DNA from: Camelus ferus
Lineage: Eukaryota
Assembly: GCF_009834535.1 (NCBI RefSeq)
Contig: NC_045698.1
Location: forward strand, 6,326,001-6,390,000
Direction of reading: 5' to 3'
DNA length: 64,000 nucleotides
The notes below the pieces were generated by a model that was not told where the DNA came from, searched no databases, and worked only from the letters and a program-made list of their open reading frames with translations. The position numbers were made by a program, and so were the translations under genes. Numbering within the stretch: the stretch's first letter is position 1; each line of letters starts with the position of its first letter. Positions 26,620 to 39,572 of the stretch are shown one piece after another.

Positions 26620-26780
26620 AAAGCACGTTATTCTCTGTTCTAAGAACTCGACCTCTATTAGCTTATTTAAACCTCGTAAAACCTTTACATATAGCACATC
26701 AGTTAGTCACTCCATTCACTCCCACTTTAAAATGAAGAAACCAAAGCAGAGAAAGGCCAAGTCCAAGCCCCACAGCTGGG
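26620..26780 (-). mobile_element. MIR SINE fragment
   Basis: cttatttaaacctc...cccactttaaaatgaagaaaccaaagcagagaaagg. Confidence 0.6.
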
Positions 26781-28444
26781 GAAGATACATCTAACGGCAA
26801 TAAATCAAGCAACAGAGGTATAAACGATTACTGATTAAGTTACTAGGAAAATATCATACCTCAGCCAGCCAAGGAAGTTCCCATGGTTAACACGGCGCTT
26901 CTCACAGCAGGACTAGGTTGGGGTGGGAAGGGCTGTGAAACAGTTACCTGTCACCAGAACCTCGCTAGAACGTTTTGGTAAGTGCCCACACACGTGTTAA
27001 AAGGTAAACTGAGGCATATGAAACGTTTCCAGAGTTTTGCTGACATATCTAACATCCGGCAGTGGCAAACGGGAAGAAGGCAGGAGGTCCCGCCCACAGG
27101 AGCCAAGGATGGGTTTTTACAAGGAAGAGTAGGAAGCAAAGCATGAAGGTTATTTAACTCCCTACAGCTTACGTGGCGCCTTATTTGGGAAAGCCTCACT
27201 GGCTATTTGCCGTAGATTTTCTCCAATTCCAGTGCGCTGACCCTGGCTTAGCCCTGCTGAGCTAGCATCACTGATGGATGCCACGGTGTGCACCACACAT
27301 TGGAATGTGCTCCATGTTTGAGCCTGTCTCCCTGCTAGTGAGCAAGTCGGGTTTAACTACGCTTAGAGATTTACTCCAGAAGCCTGAATTCCTTTTCATG
27401 TTTCTTATTAAAGCAACATGACCATTAGACAAAATTAAACTTTCAAGAAAGGAGGAAATTCCACCAAGTCCCTAACTTTGCCCAAGGCTCCCCTGCAAAG
27501 CTGTTTGTAGATTTCAAACAATGCCACAGGGTTACATGGAATATTTTAAGCTGTTTTAAATGAAAAGCTGCTTGTAATAACATCTCTTCCTTCCGATACT
27601 GCTGATGGTTCTGCAGATTCTCAAAATTACACTTATCCCTTTAAATACTAAAACTTATCTACAAACACAAGTGCCCATTCATTGAAAATACCATTTATAT
27701 ATCGTTTTCTTCACTTAAAATATTTCATACCATGGGCAACATTCTGATGAGCGCTACCTTTATTCCAAATTATACTTTAAGAAAAACCAGTCATCGTGAC
27801 ATTATTTTTGGAAGAGATCATGTGGAAAATCACAGACTTCCTATTAACGCAGCTATCATGAAAGTGGCTTTTCTTCATTTCACTTTGAAAATGTTTTTCT
27901 TTGTGTGATGAATCTTTTACATAATTTTTTCCGTTATTTTGTTAAGAACCTTAGATTATTCTCATTTGATACCTTGCCCTGGTATTTGAAAGTATCAGAA
28001 TTCAGAAAACACGTTGGTCAGCATCTGATATTTAATTTGAAAACGTATTTATTGAAAGTGGATTTTAGAGCTAAATGTATATTTAGAGGTGGGCTTGAAT
28101 GCTAGAAGGGTAAACTCCTTTTCCTCTTACGGGAAATTTACCTAATGACATCAAAATTTATCTAAACTCTTCTTTTACTTTCTGAGGTTTGGGGTTACAG
28201 CCATTTGTTGAGTAATAGGAAAAAATAAGCATATTCAAAACAGTTTTTTCCCCATAATTTTGGAAAGCTGGAGCTAATTACTGAGTAAGATCCCCTTGCA
28301 TATTAGATGATCTGAGTATTGGTGACTTCATCTGGATGGTTTCTCTCACACTAATTGCCATTATGTAGTTCATTTTTGATATTAAGAATTTTTGCTATCG
28401 CAACAAAATGTATTCATTAAACACGGGATTTTAAAAGTGTTTCC

Positions 28445-28700
28445 ATCATTCACTCATCAAGCACATACTGAGCACCTTCCATGAACTGACTCTGAAAGTG
28501 CTGAGTGTCCCAGGTAAACAAAACAGAGTCAGTGCACCCAGAGAACTCACCTTTTAGTGAAGGAAATAGGCATTAAACAATTACACGGATAAATATCAAC
28601 AGCCAGTTGAAAAGGGAAAAACAGAAGGGAGACCAGGAAATATGTGGGGAGAGGCATTTAAACCAGGACCAATAAGATGAATTGAGTGAGAGACGTGATA
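28445..28700 (-). mobile_element. L2 LINE 3' end
   Basis: tcattcactcatcaagcacatactgagcacct...gtaaacaaaacagagtc, the reverse complement of the L2 3' terminus. Confidence 0.65.
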
Positions 28701-31700
28701 ATTTTCAGCAAAAACAGGACATCATGGCAGCGAGCTCAGCGTGAGAATGGTGCTCAGGGAGGAGGGAGTGAACTTGAGAGTCTGAAGAAACACGGACTAA
28801 ACGGAGGCGGGGCTTTGGCAGAAGCTTGAGGAGCAGAACCAGCTGAGCCCTCAGCCTCCATCCTTAAGGACTTAGGCTTCCAAGTGCTGCACCTTTAAAG
28901 TGCTTCCCGAATTCCGTGCAAAAATCGCACGTCACTTATCACGATGGTGATAGCGGATGAGAGCAATCCATCTGTTTGTGAACGACAGACAGTCCTTCAT
29001 TCCTGAGACGATCTGAGGGGCCTTATTCCTGACCACTGTGTCACCATACACTTCAGAACCTGCTTTTGCTTTAAGAGCTGTGTTAAAAACATGATCTTGC
29101 TAAAAGTAAGACTGAAAAAAATCCAGTTAGACAATAACCTTCCCAAGAAATGCATTCTGAGACACCCACAAACCCCAACTGGTGAATCCAGCTGCAGCAT
29201 GTGTTTTCTTCAGCTTCCTCTTCTGCGAAACTGGAAAGACAACATTCACTTCACTAGGCTGCACTGAGGATTAAATTATGTTAAGTAGTAGAGAAAGAAA
29301 CAAAGCTCTTTTGAGATGGATGCATACAGTTATTCTACTTAGTCTGTAAACATAATTATAAATTAATATATGCTACTGACTTCTGGGAGTGTTTGAAAAC
29401 ATTCTATACCCAGAACACTAAATCTGTGAATGCCATGGGCTCTTTATTTAATAAGGCAACGTGAGACACCACAACGTGTTCCATCAAGTGGTGCAAAGTA
29501 GTTCAACAACACGTTTGGATCAACTCACAGTGGGTTTTTTTTTTACCACTTGCGTAAGCGCAGCGCCATGTGTTGAAGACATTGGGACCAGGAATGAACT
29601 TGCAATCTAGTGAGGGAGTGAGAACACATTCATAACGGTGCTTGACAACATCTCGGTGAGGGAGAACATGCTGGCGGTACAGGAGTCAGAGGACAGAGAC
29701 TGGCCCTGAAGGCTTCCAGGAGGAGGTGATGTTTAGGCTGGCCTCTGAATGCAGCTGGGGTTTAGCTGAGCAAGGAGCACATCCCCGGGCATGACGGCCC
29801 TGGGAAGGATGACACGTGGTCATGCGCACATGGCATGATCAGGGACGTGAGCCCTGCCGCTTGGCTGGGCTGAGAGTTCCTTAGGACACCAGAGAAGTAT
29901 ACTGATGTGATTAAAATGCTGGGGTTTTGCCTAAACAAGGGAAATTTGGCTATAATATACAAGATGTGTCAGATCATGAAATCTACTAGAAGATCAATCT
30001 ATAATTCCCTGAAGAACTAATTTACAACTACAATTGCAATAACATTTTTTAAAGTTAGGACATATGCCAGGTACACAAAGACATAATTACTAAAAAATAT
30101 ATGTTTACTCTCATTATGCAGAACTTGCCGAAGGCATTTAAAAATAATTCATGGTACACGCTCTGATTTGTAGGAGAAATTAATGCACTAGAATTTCAAT
30201 TAGTCACTCACACTTAATATATTAAAAACTGTTCACTATTGGCTTATCATTAAATTATATTGATCCAATACAATGAGGATTTGTCACATTTCAATTTGCT
30301 TTTAATATTAAATTAAAAATTGACTTGTACTGCCAGTAATACTAAGTAAATGGTTTTTAGTTAAAATCTTATTGAGTGGATATAACACTCAGCGTTTCCT
30401 GAAAAATCGGTTTTAAAACAAGATTGATACAAATTTTACAGTGAAGCATTATGAAAAATTGATAGCTAAAAATAAATAGTGAAAAAAGTAGACGACATTT
30501 GAAAATAAGCAAAACAAAAGTGCTTTCTGGAATCCAGTACTTGCGATCAGCTTGGGCTTCTGATGTGAGACTGACCGTCTCTCTTCACCCAGCGGTCCCG
30601 CACAGAATCCTAAACTGTTTATCTTGGCCTCTGGGTGGGCCTCAGTCTTGAGAACTTTTCTCTAGAAGAAATCTAAAATCTCTTTGGAAGGGCCAATTAT
30701 GTCCCTGGAGAGAAGCTCTCCAGGGAAGGCGGCCTTGGCCATGTGCAGCTTTGCACTGTGGGTGGAAGGGGCCCGGGGAGTAAACGCGGGCCTTTCACAG
30801 CTCAGGGATGTTGAAGTCATTACCAGGAGTGATGAGCAGAAAACGCTAAGTCCGCGTGTCCAGGAAGGAAAGAAAGAATCCCTGTTTTTTTCATTCAGGG
30901 AACGGTCTACACTCCTGCTATTCCGTGTTCTCTCTTCCGTAAAACAGAGGTAATTATAGGCTCCTCCAAGTTTCCTCTCCTCTCTGGCCAATCCAAGCTA
31001 AGGATGAAGACCCGGTTACTTCCTGCCCATGTCACGTCTCTTCAAGAGAAACCCTTCTGTAAATGAGGGCTTAGTGGGAAGAATCAGAAGACCCAGGAGA
31101 GGCTGAAGGACCGACAGTCACAGCTAATAAATGCACAGGGAGTGAGGCAACACATCTTAGCTTTTACTCAAAATCTTAGAAGACAGTAAGTCCAGAAGGG
31201 AAAGAAAATTATTATTTTGGTTTCTTATAATTCAGTCTACTTAACCGTTTGCCCAGGACTGAGCCCTGAACTGAGGACTGAGGCTGGGCCAAGGAGTCCT
31301 CCTGTGGAGCACAGCCCACCCCAAGAACATCCTCCCATCTCAGTGGGACAGTTGGGGCGTGTGTGGTGTCTACCTTGCACCTGGATCCTCTGTTGCCTCC
31401 TCAACCACCAGGATGAGCCTGGGGGCACAAAGTTAAGCACTCGGCTCTCTTCACACCTCACCCTGTCCAGCCTCCGTAAGTACCTGAATCTCAGTCCCTC
31501 CTACATGGATAGGTACACGCTCACCTGAGACAGGGGATTATGGAATACCCACGGACAGATGCTCCTGCCGGTCGGCTGGAGCCATGCTGACGTCACTCAC
31601 CTCCACACAGAATGCGGTCATGGTGGAGTCTCACACTGCCAGAAAATCCGTTTGCCCAAACAGACCAGAGATAGGTAAATAATTTAATGCAAGGTGCAGA

Positions 31701-32758
31701 ATCTGGTCTGATGGGCCCTGTACATCAGATAATGTGAAGTTGTTTAGGGGTGGAAGAACAAATTCTCTGCCCTCCATTTGGTCCAGAGGCAATGTGATGC
31801 ACATCTGGGCAAAGAAGGCAAAGCACCTGTACATGAGCAGCACTGGACGGGCAGGACCTACGTGAACTGACTACAATACTCAAGCTGGAAGGGAAAGGAG
31901 CCAGCTCATACTGAACTTTTTCTATGTATCAGAGCCAGTATACCGTCTGTCTTTCTGCCCTAGTAACATTCTGACACTGCTCATAATCACACACCAAGCC
32001 AAAGGCTTACCCAGAATCTACTCGAATTCAAAGCTCATGATCGTCACATATGCAAGCTGCTTTGCAGACACATAGGAATAATTATTTCCTTAAGAACCAT
32101 TCATTCACTGGACCATGCTGCAGAGACAATCTTAGAGGGGTGCTCAGTGGATAAAAGTCAAGGTGTTTCTGCTCAGGATAATTCAGATGCAATGATCTGG
32201 AGCCGAGAAAACTGCTACAGCCCAACCCTTCCCACAAAATTCTTTACATAACTTTAAATTTGGGAGCTCAAAAGCAGGAGGCCTGTGGGATAGACATGAA
32301 ATAATGAAACCTCACACTGTGAGCCCTTTAGTTGTGTTTCTAAAACACCACTGAAGTACAAAATTTTGGTTAATTATACTGATTTGAAAACTTCATCCAA
32401 GTGACTGTTTGGAACCTAGATTGCCATTTGAAAGACAAATATGCTCTTTTAGGGAACTGAACAGAAAGCTGGACCCAAAACTCTTGGGTAGCTGAGGAGA
32501 GCTAAGGAAAGCTAAGAGCCTGTATCAGTGAACTTCCCTGTGGAATGTTTCTAGCATCCTTTCATATTCTTAGGAACTTACTCTCCATGGTAACAATTGG
32601 ATGATATCAATGTATTTGGCAGAAGAAGAGAAGGGGAAAACTGGACTAATCACCCCATGGTTGCAGGGGCTGCCCGTGGCGCCTCTACAAGATGGAAGTC
32701 ACATACTTTCGTTGCTTTTATTGTCCACCTGGATCAAATATATGTTCATATCACTGTC

Positions 32759-32957
32759 TAAGGTGGATTTCCCATGACACTAAGGAAGCTTAAGCTTCCT
32801 GACTTCATGAGACCCTTTAAGGTTCTGTGATCGGCTGTAGTGTTTTGTATTTATAATGTGATATTCTTTTCCTTAGAATAGAGAATCCTTCTTAGAGTAG
32901 AGAATTCCTCCCAAATTGTGCAAGCTTCAGACCCCACGAAACCTACCTTTCTCCCTG
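32759..32957. mobile_element. Non-autonomous hAT-type DNA transposon (MER69A-like)
   Basis: ggtggatttcccatg...gaagcttaagcttc...cccaaattgtgcaagcttcagaccccacgaaacct, recalled as MER69A-like. Confidence 0.5.
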
Positions 32958-33574
32958 ATTACTACAGAGCAGTAGTATGACTTATGTTCCTTCATTTACT
33001 ATCTAGTTCATGTACGTTGATGCTCTGCCTATCGCATTAGGACTGTTTCTTTTCCACCCTGCCCAGGACTTGGGGGTGCTAACTTGAGACGTTGCTGGAT
33101 GACACTGTGTTCCAGTCCAAGCCCGCCTTGGATCCTCTCTTACAATGTGCTCTTTAAAGTTGCAATTAGCATGCTGGAAAGCATATTTTTGGCTTTTTCC
33201 TTCTATTTTTAAACAGTTGTAATGATGGCAAACACGTCATCTTTTTTTTCAATTAATATAATACCATAAAGATGTCTTCATAGTCATCATTCAATGAGTT
33301 CAAAATAACCCATTGAGTGAATACTCCATTGAATCAATATGTCATAACTTGGTAATGAATTCCCTGACTATTAGAGAGTTAAGATTGGTTGTGATTCAGA
33401 TATAGGTTAACACACAATTGGACAGGGGTAGCAGGCTTGGAGATTAGGTCCTAGTGGAGTCCAGGATCAGACTTTAATGATAAATCGATTTTGGGATAAA
33501 GTCTAAGGTAACTCCAAGGCCCTTTGGCTCAGATCCACGAGAGGTATTTGGAGATTTTATTTATGTCAGAATTT

Positions 33575-33697
33575 CTCATTAGATCCTGAGCCCCACAAAG
33601 ACAGGGTCAGGGATGCCTCATCCATCACTGTACACACGGAGCCTGGCTTGGTGCTTGGCACATATGAAGTTCAATAAATATACTATGAATGAATTGA
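33575..33697 (+). mobile_element. L2 LINE 3' end
   Basis: tagatcctgagccccacaaagacaggg...gtgcttggcacatatgaagttcaataaata...tgaatgaat. Confidence 0.7.
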
Positions 33698-34897
33698 CTA
33701 AGGAAAATCCACGGTCTTTAGAGGCTAAACCAAAGCCAATGCAAACAAAAACCCAAGATGTTGAGACTTGGAAAATATTAAATTCATTTTGAAGGCAGAA
33801 TATTTACTTTGTAAAATGGGTACATGTCAAAATGTCCTTCTGATGTTTAAATGATGCATATCTGGACAGCTAAGCTTGTCTTGCAGGGGAACCTTGTGGA
33901 GACCCTGCAGTTTCTCTCTGTACATCGTGTGTTTCTCCCATCAGGCAGATGGTGTCTTTAGGGAATATTCAATTAATAAGGGTGCTAGCCTATTAACACC
34001 ACCGTTTAAAACTTTGTTCTTTCGAGCAGTAAACATCCACAGTAAGCTAATTTCCATGCTAATTTTCCTAATGAGGTGCTGGTTTTTTTCTTACAGGCTA
34101 ACTAGATTAAGAATGACTAGATACCCATTCACGAATGGAGCTCAATTTTTTTTTAAATGGGTTCCTCCTTCCCTCCAGTTCTATGAAGCAAAATTCACAA
34201 GGCACATCTCCTCTGTGTTACACAGAGGCTGAGATTCCTCCAGTTCTCAGCTTTTCTTCTCTCTCCAAATAGCTTTCATAATAAAGCAAAAACACCGAAG
34301 GCAGAAGGATGTTCAGTTCTCTGGCTGATGTTTTATATCACTACACTGTTGCATAAAGGGAGTTTTACTGTTTCACAAGAACTGAGGTTTTCTTTTTAGG
34401 GGACAAAGTAAAACAGCAGAAAGGGGAGAGGCAGGGTATCTGCTAATTGGATAAATCTCTGCCGAGCCTGTCTCAGGCTGCGCACATGCTCCAGGCTGCT
34501 CAGAACCTGGGAAGATGTGAGCCCTCGGAAGCTCACGTGCCCACGGCTGAACAAAGTGCACTGGCAGCCGTACTCAGAATTCTAGTTTCTCTTCTTTGGA
34601 CATTCTCGCTCTGATTCCGATCAATCCCTCATCTATAAAATGTTAACTCTGCCACCTGATAGGTTTATCTTATCTCATAATCGTGGTGGGTGTCAAATAC
34701 AAAATAAAAAATCTATGAGTAAACACTCATAAGAGCCGAGAATGACATAATATTAAGAAAATACTAGGGTTTAGAGTTAAGTTATGCTATTTAATACTTA
34801 ATTTACATACGTTAATACCTAATGTTATACATTAGTAAATATAATAATTTAAGGCACATTTATTCATTCAAAAGGCAAATATGATAATAATCTAATT

Positions 34898-35574
34898 CAG
34901 GAATCAGCAAACAGCCCATGGGTCTAATCCAGCCTGTTCCCTAAAGTTCTACTGAAACCCAGGGTAGGGGGCTGCTCGGCCCTGGTGCCTGGCTGGCTTT
35001 TCACGGCTCCACACAGGGCAGAGCTGAGCCGCAGCTGACCTAAGCTTTGGCAGAACGCCCTGGGACCGTCCCGATCATGGCTCATGGGAGGAGTACGAGG
35101 GCCCGCTACGAGGGGTTCCCCTCCCACCTCCCTGTGTTCCAGGGGAGCTGAGATGGCTTCTCATCACCTCCTGGGTTCAGATGAGGAACAAGGAGTTTTG
35201 CTTTTCACTCTCGCCCCTGCCAGGGTACAACTGCAGCAGGGAGTCAGCTCCTCGGCAACGTGGCCTCTACACTCGCCTGAGCCTTGTCATCTGGCCTCTT
35301 CTGTTTTGGTGTCATCTGTGGGACAAGGGACAGATGCCTTTTCTGCTCTAACTTTTGTTGTCCGTGTAAGTGAGAAACTGAGTGTAAGAGTGAATCATTC
35401 CTGTGCCTGACGAATCCGTGCCCCTTGCTGACACACGGCCACACCCACTCACTGCAGCCGAGGGCCCCTACAAGGACAGGGCTGAGCGGCTGCAACAGGG
35501 ACCACGTAGCCTGGGAAACTGGAAACGTTTCCTGTCTGCCTCTTTACAGAGAAAGTTTACCGCCCGCTGGGCTA
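34898..35574. mobile_element. MER58-like hAT MITE pieces flanking about 390 bp of unrelated, possibly LTR-like sequence
   Basis: 5' piece caggaatcagcaaacagcccatgggtctaatccagcctg; 3' piece ...tctgcctctttacagagaaagtttaccgcccgctgg. Confidence 0.55.
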
Positions 35575-36754
35575 ATTGATGCGCAATCCGTAAAATGACT
35601 TTAAAGTCTAAATCAAAAGCCTTCCCACTGCCACTCCCCCAGCTTTCCTCTCCTTAGACTGAGGGGATTCAATCTGCCAGGCAAAGCGGGGGCCACACTG
35701 TTTCCCTGGGGCCGGGGGTGGGGGGATAATGGCTGATTTCTGGGGGTGACTCTTCCCGCCCGAGTCCTGTGATCACGCTTCTCTTCCCGAAGCAGGGAGG
35801 TAAGAACTCTGTCAGCTCTCTGCCAGTCTGTTTTCCTCCAGGTGGTAGGTTCTGACTTCCCAGTGGTGTTTACATCAGTGGGAATTAAGTTAGGGGCTGT
35901 TCTTGGCTGCCTCATCGCCCGCATCCCTGGGCAGTACCACCTCCGCGCTGCGCTGGGGCCCCCGGCTGTGTCCGGGCTGCGTGCGAGGACGGCGCCGTGA
36001 CCTTCCACTGTCCTACGCTGCCCCCATGTCCAGCCCTCTCCAGGTTCCCCTGCTCCTCAAAGTGCAGCAGACTTTCCTTCATTTTACGAAACTAACACAT
36101 ACTTGTGGTGGCTAAGTCTTAGAGTGAGGATGTGGAGGAAAAGGAACAGGTCCCCGCACTCTCCATGCCCAGAGGTCACCACCCACTCTGCTGAGTCGCT
36201 TTATTGTTTGCACAGTTTTTTCATTCTACTTACTAACTGGGTTATGCAAAAAAGACTAAAATTAAAATCATTTCACTCGTTTTTTTTGAGGTCAAACTTG
36301 ACTAAAATATATTTTTAAAATACTGTTCTTTCAAAATAACTTTCCGAGGAAAACAGCTATGAGGATTTGAAAACGCCGTACTGTTGGCTCTGAGTTATCA
36401 TGTGTGCACACCTGGATGGTGCAGGCAGGTGCTTTTCTCAGCCTCTCCTGAGGCCTCAGGGTCACCTCTAGAACAGCTGGAGGATGCAGACACAGTTTAC
36501 AATAACCCAGGAGTACAAAACCTCCTTTTGGTCTTCTTATCCTATCCTGGTGGCAGACATGATAACAAAGACACTCATGGGAGTGGCTGTGAGCAGACAT
36601 GGGTCTCCCCTGGCACCACCTACCTCTAGCTCTCAGAACACACGGGACAAATGCCGTCAAACGAGTCGTTCCTGCTGAAATCTACCACTGAACCGGATGC
36701 CCTCATTATATTGGGGCCAGTGCAGAGAACCAAAGACAAAGTCTGAGCCTAGGG

Positions 36755-36965
36755 GACAAAGCTCTGAACCTGGGTTTCCCATCGCATCAGCTGTGTGACC
36801 TTGGGCAGGATGCTCAAAGTCTGAGCCACCATTTCCTCCTCTGAAAACTGAAGATGACATTTGACTTTTCTCTCAGGGCGTAATGATTAAGGAAAGGGGG
36901 GGATAAAATCTAGCACAGCGCCAGACATGTACAAGAATCTTGGGAAATTGTAACAGTTGTTACCA
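36755..36965 (+). mobile_element. MIR SINE
   Basis: cagctgtgtgaccttgggcagg...ctgagccaccatttcctcctctgaaaactgaag core. Confidence 0.75.
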
Positions 36966-38360
36966 TTTATAAACATTTTAATAGATACACTGCATTGCCT
37001 TTGAAAAACAGATATTCAAAAGATGAAAAATGTGAATATGATTTTGAAGGAGACAAATAATTTAGTTATGTTCAATTTCTCTTCTTTTAACACTTTGAAA
37101 TTCATTTATAAAATAGATTTTCTAATAACAAATTACTTATATTCTATTATGAAAAGTATATTTAACAAAGAAATGAGTATTTACTGCTAATTGTTACCCT
37201 GTTCCTATTTAGTGTACTTCTTTAGGCATATTTCTGGAAAATCAATGGCTTTTGTCAAAAAAAAAACAAAACTCCATCTTTCCTCATTATTTATTTTTTA
37301 AAAATCTGGTCATGTAGGTATCAGTTCCTTAGAAATGCATTCTTTTTTTTCTCCAACCAGTGTTAACCTGAGAGGTTTCCCTGTCTTGCTATAAGAGAAA
37401 GATGGCAGAGAAACATTGGAAAGAATCCAGGGAACTCTTGGGCTGAAATCTTCAGCTTTTCTTTTCTCAAAAGGAATATTTAAGGGTCAAATACAAACTA
37501 ACCCAGTCTGGGTGTGAGCACACAGAAGCCCGCAGTCTATCAGCTGACAATTAAGTTATAATCTCTCACTGCTTTTCTCTGAGCTGGTGGACAAGGAAAC
37601 AGCAGGGAGATTCAGCTCTGCATGTAACTGTAAAATCTCCTCCTCCCGGGAGCCTGATGAAGACAGACAAGAGGTTTATTCTCCTTGAAAGAAAAAGGGG
37701 GAAACTGAAAACACCTCCCGGGCGGCTGTGCCTGGTGGCAGCCGGCACCTGTGGATTCATGACTGCGCTCCAAGTGCAGTTGCCTAAGAGACGAGAGCAG
37801 GCAGAGAGTGCTGCCTTCCCTGGTCTGTTGCGGGACCTACTTGCCTGTGCCGTACCTACAAGGTGCTGAGCTGGCAGAGCACCGTGAAAAAGCTGAATTG
37901 CTTTGTGCTCTGCAAGCCACAGACTCACATGCTGGCAACAGAAACACCTGCAGACGGCACAGACCTGTCTTCCCACCTGTTACCGAGAGTCATGTCCCCA
38001 GAGCTTGCTGGGCTGGAGCTGGAAGACTGGTACCCTTCCAGCTTCATTTGACTCGTGGCACACCTGTCGACGGGACCCCAACCCTCTGTGCCACCCTCTG
38101 GACCAGAATAATTCCTGCCTTAAGCTGGTCCTGCAGGAAACACAAATCAGAACAAATTTCCAGCAGCCATCGGTTAAATTTAGGAAAAAGGCATTATATA
38201 AAAGACAGTTGTTAATAAATCTCACTATTTGTTGTTATTCATTATTATTAATAATAGCAGCACTGTTATTAGCTGAGAGGTCCCTAATGTTATTTACTCC
38301 TCAACACTGACACCAAAGGAGACATCAAATTATCTAGAAAGGAATATTGTGATGATTTTT

Positions 38361-38434
38361 AATATACTTTTTTTTAAGTGTAGTTGATTTGTAATGTTGT
38401 GTTAGTTTGTGGTGTACAGCATAGTGATTCAGTA
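38361..38434 (-). mobile_element. Very short L1 3' end
   Basis: tttttaagtgtagttgatttgtaatgttgtgttagtttgtggtgtacagcatagtgattcagt. Candidate TSD atgattttt at 38352-38360 and 38435-38443. Confidence 0.75.
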
Positions 38435-38480
38435 ATGATTTTTGTTAAATATAGAAACCTTCCTTTTTCAGAAGGATACT

Positions 38481-38638
38481 ATTCGATATCTTGTAGTAGT
38501 TTATGGTGAGAAAGACTGAAAACGAATATATGTATGTTCACGTATGACTGAAGCATTGTGCTGCGCACCAGAAACTGACACCACATTGTAAACTGACTGT
38601 ACTTCAACAAAAACTTATTTTAAAATATAAATAAATAA
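38481..38638 (+). mobile_element. Short L1 3' end with A-rich tail
   Basis: atgttcacgtatgactgaagcattgtgctgcgcaccagaaactgacaccacattgtaaactgactgtacttcaa...aaataaataaaa, the reverse complement of the 53701 element's 3' end. Candidate TSD aaggatact / aagaatact. Confidence 0.85.
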
Positions 38639-39129
38639 AAGAATACTCACTTTTCAGACTGGTTTAAATTTTACGCTATACTCATCCCGTCTGATTCTAC
38701 AGCAATTCTTATGTGTTAGATGAGAAAATGAGGTTTAAAATACTCCAGTGACTAGGTCAAGAATATATATGTATATATTATAAACTTTATATATATATAC
38801 ACAAAAACTTGTGCTGGGTTATGTCAGGAACACCAAATCTCAGCATTATCACTGAGTGTGATAAAGCCCTGAATAATTTAATCCTGACATTGGCTCGCAG
38901 ATGTTATAAAGTGGCTCCTTCTCCATGGATACTGATGTGTTACTCTCATCACAGCAAACCGGTTTGCATCCAAACCCTGTATCCTGGGGTGCGGGACTCA
39001 CAGGATGTCAAGGTCCTCACCCCACTCAACCACAGGGTGTCCGAGAGCCCTTGGGGTTCCTGTGCCCTCTCTGGGTGGCACGTCTCCAAGGGGCACCAGC
39101 ACACGGGCGGACCCCCGGGGCTGCCCTAC

Positions 39130-39337
39130 CTGCGCGTGCGGTGGAACGGGCACCTCTTCAGCGGGATCTTGGCCACGTGCTCGCGCAGGCCCACGAACAG
39201 GACGCTCTGGCTGTGGAGGATCTGTAGGCTCCTGACGGGCTCCGGCCGCCTCTCCGGGAAGAGCTCGATCTCTTCCAGCAAACAGCTGCCCGAGGTCTGA
39301 GTCAGGGGCGCCCGCACCTTCTTAATGGTACCATAAT
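39130..39337 (-). CDS. SEMA5A: SEMA5A internal coding exon, 208 nt (end of Sema domain / start of PSI domain)
   Basis: Minus strand reads cccgcag|AT TAT GGT ACC...CGC AG|gtaggg. Translation (D)YGTIKKVRAPLTQTSGSCLLEEIELFPERRPEPVRSLQILHSQSVLFVGLREHVAKIPLKRCPFHRTR(S) matches mammalian SEMA5A as I recall it. Phase 1 to 2. Confidence 0.97.
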
Positions 39338-39399
39338 CTGCGGGGGCAGTGGGGACAGAGTAAGGTCAGCAGGGCTCACCAGCCACTCACCAGCCCAGC

Positions 39400-39572
39400 C
39401 ACCGTGGCTCTCCAGCCTGGCTGCACAGAGTCATCCGAGGAGCTTTCACAAATGCTGATGCCGGGCCCCACCGGGGACTTATTCAATCAGCCGTGCTGGC
39501 TGTGGGGCCAGGTGCCAGCATTCGTACAGCTCTCAGGGGAGATAACACAAAACCAAGGATGAGAGCCACTCA
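39400..39572. mobile_element. MER5-like hAT MITE just upstream of the exon acceptor
   Basis: cagcctggctgcacagagtcatccgaggagcttt...atgctgatgccgggcccca...ccaaggatgagagccact. Confidence 0.6.
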
